A stretch of DNA of 64,000 bases from Chrysomallon squamiferum (Eukaryota; Animalia; Mollusca), in NCBI GenBank assembly GCA_012295275.1, contig CM022674.1, positions 13,888,001-13,952,000 of the forward strand, read 5' to 3'. This document shows, piece after piece, positions 40,139 to 52,646 of this stretch (positions are counted from its first letter, which is position 1; each line of letters starts with the position of its first letter). The notes below the pieces were generated by a model. The model was given only the letters and a program-made list of their open reading frames with translations, was not told where the DNA came from and did no database searches. The position numbers and the translations under genes are program-made.

Positions 40139-42582
40139 ACAATTTCTGTTTAAATAATTATTAGTGGTACATTGCAGTGAAATTTTAAATGTTTTTAAAA
40201 TACTATTTTTATAATGGACTTATATTCATTTAAAAAGGGGGGGGGGCAAAAAAATTCGTGGAAAGAAAAGAGTGATATTTCATATATTTTCATCTGAAAG
40301 AGGCTGAAAAAAAATAAAAAAAAGAAAGAAAAGAAATAACATGTTTTATTTCTTCAAAAAAAGTAATTGTCAGTGTTTTATAATAGTGGATTCAGTTTCA
40401 TGCAGAATAAGAAAAATTAACCTTCATTTTACTTCTCCTTTAGAAATACAAATCTTAATGCCAAAAAAACTTTAGCCTTCATTGTGCAGTGGTTTAGCCC
40501 TCACACAGAAAACAGCTAAGTTTAGAGATCATATCATACACAGCTGTGTAAAAAACTAAAACCCTCTTCTCTTTCACTAACTATCTAACAGGTGTAAAAA
40601 AAAAAAAAAAAGAGAGAAAAAACTACTGTGGCTATTTCAGTCACCTGCATTGTGCACCCATTAAAGGCGTGCATGAACCTTGGATAGAGTATTTGACTGA
40701 ATAACGGTTGAGTGAAATTGATTTAATTGAAATTATTTCTAATTGTTTTTTAAATTGCATTTATTTTCATGCAAAAAAAAAAGAAAAGAAACAGTTACAC
40801 ATAGACAAATATGATTATTATTGTGAAGTGAAAACTTTGAAAGCTTTAACTGATAAATTAAATCATCAAAAGTAACTAAGGATCAAAATAAATACTTTGA
40901 AGATAAATTTTAAGACATTATTTTTCCTTTTAATGTGAATTTTTAATTATAAGGCTTACAGACTGAAAGTTTAAGAAATAATAATAAAAAAAAATTATAA
41001 TAAATATAAAATATAAAAACAAAATAGTTTAATAATTTTCATTTTTACTTGCAATTAAATGGCCTGTAAGGACGTTGACAGTAGTTCATTTTGTAAATAC
41101 TTTTATTCTTTATCAGTTATTTGAATACTTTTGAATTTTTTATTATTTTTTTAATTATTATTTTTTATTTTTTTATTTTTGCTTGATGTGTCAGCAAACT
41201 TTAAGCAGATAAAGTTAATTAAGAATTTATAATCCTGCAAAATGCAGACAGTGTTTTCTTAAGTTACTTTTCATAGACATATTACATGATTAGATTTTGT
41301 CATAAAGTAAGGTATGTCATGAAAATGCACTATCTTACAGTTAACAGTGCATCTTCTCAGTTACCCTAACAGGGCCCTCTGGCACTGTATTAAAAATGCA
41401 GATTAATACTTTGATTAGTCACCATTTGTAAGTTACCCCATCATGGCACACCATCTTAATTATTTTAATAGTGATTCTTGTAAATTAAGTTATACAAACA
41501 ATGTTGACAGATTGCAGTTTGTAATTTACCTTATTAAGGCCCAATAATATTGTTGGCATTGTATAATAATGTATGTTTTACCATATCTCATGCTTTGTTT
41601 AATGTGTTCTTTTTTAAAAATGACTTAATGCAGGGATGCTCATAATAGACATGTGCACAAATTCTGTAATTTTGTTTTGTGGCTCTTCCCTATTTGAATC
41701 CTTTGTACATAATTTTTATCATCCACATTACCATGTATGAATCAACTTACGGCATAAACATGATTCAGAATATAATTGAGAACTCTATTATTTACTGTTT
41801 TGAGGCATCAAACAAGTAAAAGGATAAATTTATTTATACATTTAATAAAAATAAAAAAACCCAACTGAAAACCATTTGGTTTATATTTCAAATCCAAATA
41901 TTGCTGTATTTTACAACTAAACACATTGACATAATATTAGGTACCATCAGCAACCTCTCCTGTCCCCTATCCACAGTTTTGTGTGTAATAACTGATACCC
42001 CTCCCTACCATCCTGCTATTGTTCTTTATGGATCGTCCTTTAGTAAGTGAATCTTGCAGCCTTGTGGTTTTTGATTGTTTATAAGTAATTCATGAAAATG
42101 CATGCATCTTTCTTAAATTTGTTTAAGCACAGTCAACAGGTGAATTGATTTGAAATAAGGTATCATTATTATTATTACATTTTCTGTTTCTGTTGTTATT
42201 AATGTTATTGTTGTTTATTATTATTATTATTATTATTATTATTTTCAAATGCAAGTCACATTTTACAAAGATATTAATAATAATAATAAGATATTTGTGA
42301 CTTCCTGACTTGTATTTATAGGGTTTCATAATTATTTGTATATTTCTCTCTGTATGCTTGTTTTTTTTTTTAATTTAAAACTGTTGACATGCTAAAGGTG
42401 ATTAGATATTCACAGAACAGGCAAATTCCTACAGAATGCTTTTTATTTTTGAAATTGTAATAATTTTAGTGCTGTTAGAAAAAAAAAAGGCAAAACAAAA
42501 AACCCTGCTTGGAGAATCATGGCATTCGATTTTTTTATAAACATTTTAAAACATTTTTTCTGTATTTAATATTGTTTTCGAA

Positions 42583-42627
<45 letters not shown>

Positions 42628-43790
42628 AATTTATTTATTTTTTCCAATGAGAGTTTTCTTTAAAAAATTTCATTTTACCACATACAGTAATTATGTAAAT
42701 AAAATGAAAAAAAATTTAAAAACTGATATCTGTTTATTATTATTTATGCATTTAAATATATATATTTGAAAATTTGAAAAATTTCAGTATTTTATTTGAA
42801 AAAAGATGTGAGAGAATTTTTTAAAAACTATTTTTCACAAATTGTAATTATTTATGAAAGTATGGGACTTGGTGAAAGTTTGTGAGGTGTTTTAAGTTTT
42901 AAAAGTTAGGTTTCCATTAAAGGAATGTCTGAAAAACGATGAATGCAAGAATCTGGAACGGGCAAAAACAAATGTTGTATATAGATGTTGTGACCAAAAT
43001 TATTCTGCAATAAAATACAGTTGTATATCGTGGATTTTGCTTTTTATTATTATTATTTTTTTCCCCCCTCTTTAAATAGAATATTTTTAAACAAGAATAC
43101 TAAACAATATATATATATAAAAAAAAAGTTAGGTTTTTTTTTAATTAAAAATAACCAACATTCTCTCCTTTCATTTGACTTATTTAATCACGTAATGGCA
43201 AATATTTGCTTAAATGGTTGTCTCCCACTTGTGACACGTCCCACTTGTTACACAGTCAACTTGGGGAACTAATTGAGCAACCCGTAAAATATTAGTGGAA
43301 CAATCACCGTCAGCACCCATTTATAAAACTGATATGTGCTGTAATACTGATATGTGCTTCAGGGATGCATGTATCATTCACACACGCTAAATCTGGTACA
43401 ATCATTCATATTATTTATGTGTTAGGTGACTGAATTTATAATACATATACGTGAGTAAATATTTATGTTTTTGTTTCTCCATTGTTATTAGCGGTTTGCT
43501 TAATTATTGCCCAGGCTGGCTGTAATATCTGAGAAAATGTGTCCATCAGGTAGGGGAAATATGATTAGCAGTTCACTCAGCCATGACGTACTGTTTACAA
43601 GGTACGTGGTAAGTGGGATGTTTAACAACTGGGAGGATGCCGCTTAAATGAGACTTGATGAGTAATGCAGATTTGGATCTTGTGATTATTTTGGAATGGT
43701 GGAAAAATCTTTCTTTTCCTTTAGTTCAACTAAAAATAAAAATATAAAATAAATAAATAAATAAATTGCGAAAGTGAACTAAGGGATATG

Positions 43791-43827
<37 letters not shown>

Positions 43828-44345
43828 TTCACTCGTAAAACCTTTGATCTTGTTTGTATACAAGAGTTACGAAATGTAATCGGCGTTTCAAAAGTGTTTT
43901 GTCTGTATACGTGTATACACAAGTAAGCATACAATAACACGAGTAAAACTATTTTAGGCAATTTTAATTAAAAAAATTAAATAATAACTTTTTTTTTTAT
44001 AGTACACAACATGGGCCGTGACAGTCTGTTTATCAATTTACATTCTACCCCAAAATCTGAATTCAGTATCGGGCAGGAAAAGTTCTGTGTGAAAATACTG
44101 ACTTGTAGTCACGATTGCGTTTTCTCATCACAAAAAATAAATTCTTTTAAACTCTCTTCTAGACAGTTTCTCTAGTAACAACGAAAATACGTAGTGTTAA
44201 TATTCAGTGAAAAGCTTTTTTTTTTTTTTTTTTCTTTAAAGTAAAAAAATATATCTGTAATCTGTACTGATAATATAATTTCGAAGACTAAAATAAATAA
44301 TTTATTATCTTCATACGGTAACATTTTCTAACAAAGTTCACAACG

Positions 44346-46537
44346 CTAAAAAAATGCTGCAGATACATCTCCGTCCGTCGCTTGGCAAGATAAATTATTT
44401 ATGGCAACAACCTTGACCTTTTGACCTGGAGAAGAACGGTCTGTCGCTTCCGATATATTTGATTTGTCGACGGATTCTAACGAAAAGTCTGAATCAAAGG
44501 TCGAATCGGTTAACTCAATATCGTCCTCCGACCAAGGCGAAAAGTTGTTGTAATTCACTTCCTTAGCTTCGGGAAGCTGAGAGTGCATCCGATCTTGGTT
44601 AGTTAGGGGGTCAGGCTGGAATGGGTCGTAATTGTTTTCGAAGCCATTCACGTTAGCACTGGGGCTCTGAACAAATGGATTTGCACCGAATTCCAAAGAA
44701 GAATTAGCTGTCGTAACAAAGACGCGCGGATCGGCTTCAAGTCTTTTCATGTGGCCAAAACTGTTTGTTTCAGCAGCGACTACGCTGTTCCCACCCTGGC
44801 TGAAACCACCAGCTGGCCAGTCTTTGCTTTGGTTTTTACTACTGCTAGGTGAGGTGGGGCTGTTTCGTTCACGAAAGCTCGTGGACTCTTCAACATTACG
44901 TTCCATCTTCAGTACTGTTGATTTTCTGACTGCAGAATCATTGCCAATTTCCATGGGATACGGTTTATCGTAAAATTCTCCGAATTTACTCGAAGTTCCG
45001 TTCTGCACCTGATCAGCATTAGCTGTACCGGTTTCCATGGCCTCGATTTCATTAACCGAGTCAGAAACGCCATTGACGGGCGAAGTGATCTGAGACTGCT
45101 GGACGTGAGAGCGTTCGGACGGATTGTCGGTGCTAGTTCTGGAGGACGACCTGCTCGATACGACGGCTTGTGTTTTGAACACCGAGCTAACCTCCTCATC
45201 TCGATCAAACGCACTTTCATGTATCGGCTCTTCGGGTTCTTCTTTGATCGACTCGAAACACAAACCAAGACTTGTGGAGTGTCCGTAAGCGTAGTTGTAA
45301 GACAGCGCCGCCTCGAAACCGCGGTCAGTCTCTTCGTCAAACTGGACTGGAGTGGACACGCACGCTGGCGGCAGCAGCTCGGGACTTCCAGCGGATTCAA
45401 ACACACTGCTTCCATTAGAATCCTGAAACGTGTCAGTGTCGGATTCTCCTATCAGAGGTTCCACCATGACACAGAAGGAGCTGTCAAAGTCGTCGTCCAT
45501 CCACGGCGGACGTCGTCCCTCCGTGTACGGCACAATAGTGATAGAACGATCACTCGCTTCGCTCCTCGGTTCTGGGTTTTCGTCGTTGGTCGCAGAACTG
45601 GCGTTACTGCTGTTATCTGACTCGGTCTTAGACTCGTTTTTAGAGTCGTTCATCATACGAATTTCCACCTTCTCGATTCCAATATTCTGTTGACCGTTGT
45701 CTTTCTCTGAGACGTTTTCATCTACGAATTTTGACTGAAACCGCACTGACTCGCTCTGAAGCACGTCGTGAAACGCTTGCTCTATATCTTTGGACATACT
45801 TGTGTCCGCCACAGCGTTCTGCTCGTCCAGAAGGTACTCGAAGTCTTTGTCGTCGTAGAGGTTGCAGGCATTCTCGTTCTCCTGTTGTTGTGGTTGTTGT
45901 TGTTGTAGTTTCGGATTCGCGTCATCCAAATGGTCAGGATGGTAGTCGGAAGACATATAGTACAACGACAAATCGCTCACTTTATGTGTATGTTTCTTTA
46001 TCGGCGAACTGGCTTCGTTATTCTCACTGTTTACACCATCAGAATCGAACGCTTCGTTCACGAAAATCGCTGGTAAGTGTTTCTTCCTCATCTGTTCCTT
46101 CCACTCGAGTCGGGCAGACGACGACCGTTTAAGATCGTGGCTGCGAGACGGCGTCCCCAACGACGATTTGCTTGGAGTCGTAGAAGCAGACGTAGAACCA
46201 CGGGCGCCACTTCTGCTGTTCAGAGAACTGCCGTCTGCTATGTACTGCACCTGGCCGGAGCGCGTGTTGGTGATGACGGTCATCCCGTCGTCCAGGTCAG
46301 TCGTGAATATTTCCGTAGCTCGCCCGTTCATTTTAACATTGGAATAGTGATTGGGAATTTGCGCTGTAGGACGCTGTCCGTTCATCCGATGAGGTGTTCC
46401 GTTTGGGATTCTTCTTTGTTGACTACCCTTGTTGATCCTGGCCGGGCGGCCATTAGCGCGTGCTGTTATTTTAACCACCGCGCCGTCTGCATCTCTTACT
46501 CTGCGTGTGTACGACTGTAACGTGCAGGCAGAAGCGT
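44346..46537 (-). CDS. Terminal exon of the same gene: about 729 codons of acidic, Ser-rich, probably disordered cytoplasmic tail
   Basis: 2.2-kb open frame in GC/CpG-richer sequence. Acceptor aatttcag|AC gives G+AC=Asp in frame with exon 50464-50653. Ends DGDVSAAFF*. Confidence 0.85.
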
Positions 46538-46739
46538 CTGAAATTAAAAAATTAGTAAGTAAGTAATTAAACTTGAGCAATACTGCTGCTGAAATAAATA
46601 TAGCATCTTCACCACTACCACCATCACTACTACTACTGATACTGCCACTACTACGACTGCTACTGCCACTATTACTATTGGTGTGCTGCTGCTACTACTG
46701 CTACCTTTAACTAGAAAAGAAACAGTAGTAGTAGAGGAT

Positions 46740-47180
46740 AAAAACTGTACTAGTAGTAGTAGTAGTGGTGGTGGTAGTGGTAGTAGTAGTGGTAACCCAA
46801 TCTGAAAATGGGTGTATAAAATGCAAACAAAACAACAACAACAAAATAAAAAATAAATAAAAATAAAAATAAATGAATGAAAAATAAAAATAAAATAAAT
46901 AGATAAATAAGTAAATATTTAAATAAATAAATAAATAAATAAATAATTAAATAAATAAATAAATAACAACTGTAATAGTAAAAAACTGGACTAGTAGTAG
47001 CAGTGGTAGTTGTAGTGGTAGTAGTAGTGGTAACCCAATCTGAAAATGGGAGTATAAAAAAAAAAACAACAACAACAACAACAAAAATAAAATAAATAAA
47101 TGAAAAATAGAAATAAAATAAATAGATAAATAAATAAATATTTAAATAAATAAATAAATAAATAACAACTGTAATAGTTA
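46740..47180. repeat. Tandem duplication of about 200-240 bp
   Basis: Both copies contain aaaactg.actagtagtag...gtggtaacccaatctgaaaatggg.gtataaaa...aataacaactgtaatagt and differ mainly in microsatellite length. Confidence 0.88.
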
Positions 47181-48630
47181 AAACAATTATAGCAGTAGTA
47201 GTAGAAGCATGGAAGTTGTTGCTGTTGTAGTGGCGGTAATACGATTAAAACAATACTATCAGTCTGGCTTGTAGAACAATATGCTAGCTGAAATTGTAAC
47301 TAAGGTGATTTATATAATAATAATAATAATAATGAACATTTAAATGATAGTAGAAGGAGGCATTAAGAACAAAAAAAAATATCGCTGTCGTAATAACAAA
47401 AAGGAACACGGCAACAATAATAGTATACAGACAGCGATAAAACATTAGGCTAAAGGTTGAAGAAACTGACTGATATAACTTAATACAATTTGTGAGAATA
47501 TTATACTATTTGTGAGAATGTTGATATAACGCAGTGATCATGTGTACAATAGAAGCCATTATCATAATCATCATCATTAAATTCATAATCATATTTATCG
47601 TTTTACAGCATAGATACACATTACCATATATATTCGTTTTGGATATATTATACGTAAGTACTAACATATATTATTAGTCACATATTTGTTAAAAATACGC
47701 TGATATATTTCTTGTTACATATTAATTATGATCACGTTTTGTGATATATTTCAAATGACGTATTAGTTACGATAATTGTGATAACAATAGTGACGTATTT
47801 GGATACATTGTTGTTACATATTCATTACTAATACGCTCTGTTAGGATTACTGTTACGAATACGAATATGTTGATATATTCCTAGTAACGTATTCTTTTGT
47901 AATACGCATTTTAATATACCTATTGATACGAATTCGTATACATATTGAATACGTTGTGCCATATAATGCTAGTTACGTATTCGCTATAAACAGATTGGAA
48001 TGTTGCTGGTTACTTATTCCCTAATAATATGCTTCTAAATTACGAGTAACGTATTCTTTTCGAAAACGCTGACATTTTACCAGAGTCGTTTTCGTCATGA
48101 ATACACATAATAATGCACATTAATAAGCTGAAATTACGTATTCATTTACAAATACAGTTATATTTTTAATATCACCTTCTTTTACAAATATGCTGATGAT
48201 ATCGCTGATATTACATATATACTTCATGATGTATTTGTAATTCGTTTTGAATATATTCTGTAACACGTTTCTTTCGCGAATTCGTTAAAATATACACCAT
48301 GATTTTTCCAGTTACCTATTCCTTACGAATTATATAGCATTTCTACTTAAAATTAAGCGTATTCTGTGATACGTAGTTTTATTCAATTTAACGATATACG
48401 ATATATTTCTATTTGCGTCTTTTGCGACACAGTTCTGAACACAAACTCTTCTCTTTGTGTATACTCTGTTTAAATAATAAATATTTATATTCATCCTGGA
48501 ATGTCAGCTTTTGAAAACTCCAATATTTTACTTCTAGATTACTATTGTCCGTTTTCCGTTTGAATACGTCGAATATTTACGGAAACAAAACGTATAATTA
48601 AGTTAGTAAGTGGTACATCGATGTAAATAA

Positions 48631-48661
<31 letters not shown>

Positions 48662-48782
48662 CCCCTATAATATCTTGGTGCATAATTTTAGTTATTAAGA
48701 AAGAAAACATTCCAACACGTTAAAAAAGAAATGAAATTGCTTTATAATAATAATAATGACTATAATGATGATGATGGTGATG

Positions 48783-48833
<51 letters not shown>

Positions 48834-48865
48834 TTATGATTATTAAAATTATTATTATTATCATG

Positions 48866-48901
<36 letters not shown>

Positions 48902-49282
48902 TTTTCCACATACGAGTAAAAGTTGGAATAATGAAAGTTTTTGTGAAAATTATGTAAGTATACACACACACGCTCACAAAAATACAGTCCTGCATTTATG
49001 CAGACGAACACACATAAACAAAAAGTAATATAAGAAAATGGCTGTGAAAAAAGAATATCTCAGTGCTGATTGGACAGTAGACTGTGACGTCATCACTACA
49101 TTCGTGTGAACGCTAAAACGAATTAACTAAATCGATTCGTACAGACCGCTTAGGAAGGTGGAATACTTAAAACAGTTTGACTGAAATGGTGAGCGCTAAA
49201 GCGGTTTAATTAAATCGATTTAACTAAAACATTTTAACTTACGCAAAGTGAACGCAGTTTTAGTGAACTCAGATCCAGACTT

Positions 49283-49538
49283 AGGGGCAGATCCGATCAA
49301 CGCCTCTTTCCCGTTATTTTGCATATCCGTGTTTTTATTCTTATTTATTTATTATTTATTTAAAAAAAAAAAAAAAAAAATTAATAATAATAAAAAAAAA
49401 ATATTATTATTAATATTTTTATTTATTTATTAGTTTTTCAGAGTTATTCGTATTATGTTGATGAAAATTGTATGAGCTCATACGTGATACAACGTAAAGA
49501 TGACCCTTACCCCCGTTCCCTCTCGTGGATCCGCCCCT
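49283..49538. mobile_element. PIF/Harbinger-like MITE relic
   Basis: Termini AGGGGCAGATCC ... GGATCCGCCCCT (11/12 inverted match), of the GGGGCGGATCC type common in such MITEs, around an AT-rich core. No clean 3-bp TSD. Confidence 0.55.
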
Positions 49539-50189
49539 GGTTAGTGAACGCAAAAGGGTTAACGTGAAGACAAGACGAATATCAACTTACATATATGTAA
49601 ATGGAAACGTTCGGGTGGCAATGATGGCCACAATGTTTGTCGAAATGTCGCCACTTTATCTGATCACAAGAAAAAAATATATCGATAGTTCTCAGATTTC
49701 TTACAACAGGTATCTTAATAACTAATTATATCTCGTAATTATTAAGATATTTATTAAAATTATTTGTTTATTATAATATGCAGCAGACACTCATTTTCGT
49801 GATAAGATACACAAAGACCCTTCACTTACTAAAATCCGTATCGTTTTGTTTTGTTTTGTTCTTGTTGACCGAACTTAATAATGTTGAATAAAAGAGGAAT
49901 AACAATAAGAAGAAAAAGAAAGAAGTCGATGATGATTAAAAAAAAAGAAAAAATCATACACACACACGTGTAACCTCGTATGTTTGTGTTAATATTTCTT
50001 TCTTGTATTTGAATTTGCAGGTGTCTTTTGTGTATCGAGTATGAGGATATTTGAGAACGCATGTGCATATGTTTCTATATAAAACTGTTGTGTGATATAT
50101 ATGGATATGGTACATGTCTTTGTAAGTGTTTGTGTATCTACTGAGTGTGTGTCTGTGTCTCTATGGATGTATGTATAAGTTAGTGTATC

Positions 50190-50298
50190 TGTGTGTGTGT
50201 GTATGTGTATGTGTGTATGTGTGTGTATCTATGTGTGTATGTGTGTGTGTATATGTGTATGTGTGTGTGTATGTGTATGTGTGTGCATGTGTGTGTGT

Positions 50299-50389
<91 letters not shown>

Positions 50390-50448
50390 TGTATGTGTGT
50401 GTATGTGTGTGTATGTGTGTATGTGTGTGTGTATGTGTGTTTGTGTGT
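50190..50448. repeat. (TG)n/(TGTA)n microsatellite
   Basis: Direct reading, and the source of the spurious CV/TH-rich ORFs. Similar tracts lie at about 53920-54215 and 63390-63670. Confidence 0.95.
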
Positions 50449-50463
50449 TTATAATATTTTTAC

Positions 50464-50653
50464 CTTCCTCTTCGGCTGCAGTGTCTCGCACCACGTACAC
50501 TTTCCACGTGTACACGAGCGCGTGGCGGTATCTCTTGGAAACCAACCAGAGCGCGTGCGGCAGTATCAGCGTTTCCAGAAGTAACAACCATAATACAGCA
50601 GCTTCAGACGACTTCCGGTTTGGCGCCTGGACGAGCTGCATGAATTCTATAAT
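50464..50653 (-). CDS. Penultimate exon of a probable GPR153/GPR162-like orphan GPCR (end of TM6, ECL3, TM7, helix 8)
   Basis: Acceptor tttcag|ATT and donor GAAG|gtaaaa. Encodes IIEFMQLVQAPNRKSSEAAVLWLLLLETLILPHALWLVSKRYRHALVYTWKVYV. The pattern LW-x6-L-LP-xx-LW-x4-YR-xx-L resembles the recalled GPR153/162 TM7 ([26 protein letters not shown]) and lacks NPxxY. The phase-1 junction joins the next exon in frame. Confidence 0.6.
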
Positions 50654-50883
50654 CTGAAATAAATAAATAAATAAATAAATAATAGCAACAGTAACAACAA
50701 CAATAACCACAAAAAAAAAAAAGGAAGAAAGAAAGAATGAAAAAGATAAAAACCGACAATAATAATAATAATACAACTAATTATAATAAATACGACAACA
50801 GCAACAATATAGCAATAGTAGTAAAAATAAAAAAGGCAACGAGAACAAAAGCAATAACAACACAACAATAATAACAACTATGC

Positions 50884-50927
<44 letters not shown>

Positions 50928-51004
50928 GTAACAACAACAAAAACAACAATAACAATATTATTATTTACTCCTTCTGTACCATATACATTTCATTATATCT
51001 GTAT

Positions 51005-51200
51005 AACGTGGCTCAGTTGTGTAAAAGTGGACCTAAGGCATGTAAAATCAATCCTGTGTTGATCTATTATCAGGCTATTTCCAGTTTTTCGGTTTATCAA
51101 GGTCCTGTTATATTTTTTCCTATCTCCTGGAGGGTACATATAAAATATCCCATTCTGCTATTCACTGAGAGTAGCCCATGGTATGACAACGGTTTTTATA
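51005..51200 (+). mobile_element. Decayed tRNA-derived SINE (resembles Meta-core molluscan SINEs)
   Basis: A-box-like gtggctcagttgtgtaa and degenerate B-box aatcaatcc, then the core catataaaatatcccattctgcta...gagtagcccatg. Family recognised from memory and supported by related copies at about 3735 and 12950. Confidence 0.55.
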
Positions 51201-52499
51201 TCTAAAATCATTGTTATAATAAAACCTAATAATTATTATAACTGATTGTTGAGGTATCTCATCTATTTATCTACATGTCTGTGTCATCATCTCTGCTTGA
51301 CCCTCTTTTTGTGTAAAGTTTTACATAAATAATAACTATGTATTATCTGTAAACGAAAATAATTTGTTAATAATGTGAATTCTGTGTTGTTGTTCGTTTT
51401 ATTTTCGTAACCCTGCAAAACAAAATTTGATGAGATTTTCTAGACATTAATCTCCTTACTTCTAAACTAATTAATAATTATTCTATTTAAGACACAACGA
51501 AAGCTAGAGATTTACATTTACACGAATTCCTAATCCACTAACGAATTACATAAGGGATTATGCTGGTATGGATTGTAATTTATTATGACGTTTCTGCCGC
51601 ATTATTGTGATATTTATACGAGCACGTTATAAAGCCGCTTTTGTTTTATCTTTCACAAAATATCGGCATGGAAATATCAAGACTTTAATTAAATATATCC
51701 CCGGTTTAACATACATGACAATATGATGCAATATTAATATGAATATGAATGTGAATAAACAGCCAGTCAACAGACAAACAGACAGACAAATAAACAAACA
51801 TACACATAACTAACTAACTAACTAACTGACTAACTAACTAACGATGTTACGTAAAATGAATTTTCTTTACGGCCCAACGTAATAATGATGTCATAATGAT
51901 GTCATAATGATAACACGTCACTATGTAGCAGCCACAAGTAACTAGTTCAGTTTCACAGACGGAAATTCTTGTATATTTTACTTCTTTGAAAACAGTTGAT
52001 GTTGTTTTAGCTTTTGCTTTTGTTATTGCAGATATTTTTGTTTTTTCTACCGCTGTTATTATTATTTTTTTATTTGTATTATTTTGTTGTTGCTATTAAG
52101 AAGAATCCTAGTCGAATCCAAATAGCCGAAAAATTAGATAAAATCAGTCGAAACTACTTTCTAGTTATTTAACATCAGCTTATACATTTGCCAAATACCT
52201 TTAATATATTTCTGAAACAAATTTTGTCTAACCCGTTCTCATAAACCATATTCCTATTTCTAAATGTTAACAGTGAAAAAAAAAAAAAAAAAAACGGAAA
52301 TGAAAAAAAAAAGAAAAAAAGTGATTCCGTAAGTCGTATCGTGCGTAGCCTAAGTCAAAACATGGTGTTAAATCAGTTGTATTTCATTGAGAGACAGCGA
52401 TGGATTCTTAGATCAACAGAGGTAGGTATGTACATTGTATTATAATTATGCTAAAAATATAACATTTCAGTGTCATTAGGAAAATGTCAGCACAGCCTA

Positions 52500-52646
52500 T
52501 TCAGACTTTCTCTAGGCCAAGTGAATCAGCAAAATGCGAATTCAGACTTTTTAAAGGCCAACTGAATCAGCAAAATGCGAAATCAGACTTTCTCTAGGCC
52601 AAGTGAATCAACAAAATGCGAATTCAGACTTTCTCTAGGTCAAGTG
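52500..52646. repeat. 41-bp tandem repeat, about 3.6 copies
   Basis: Unit ttcagactttctctaggccaagtgaatcagcaaaatgcgaa. Confidence 0.92.

Noticed and set aside
27703-46520. Antisense and alternate-frame ORFs over POM121 and the GPCR tail (e.g. 27703-28170 -, 38851-39468 +, 45105-45620 +, 46077-46520 +)
   Set aside because: These are shadow ORFs expected over GC-richer coding exons, with no recognisable domains or splice support.
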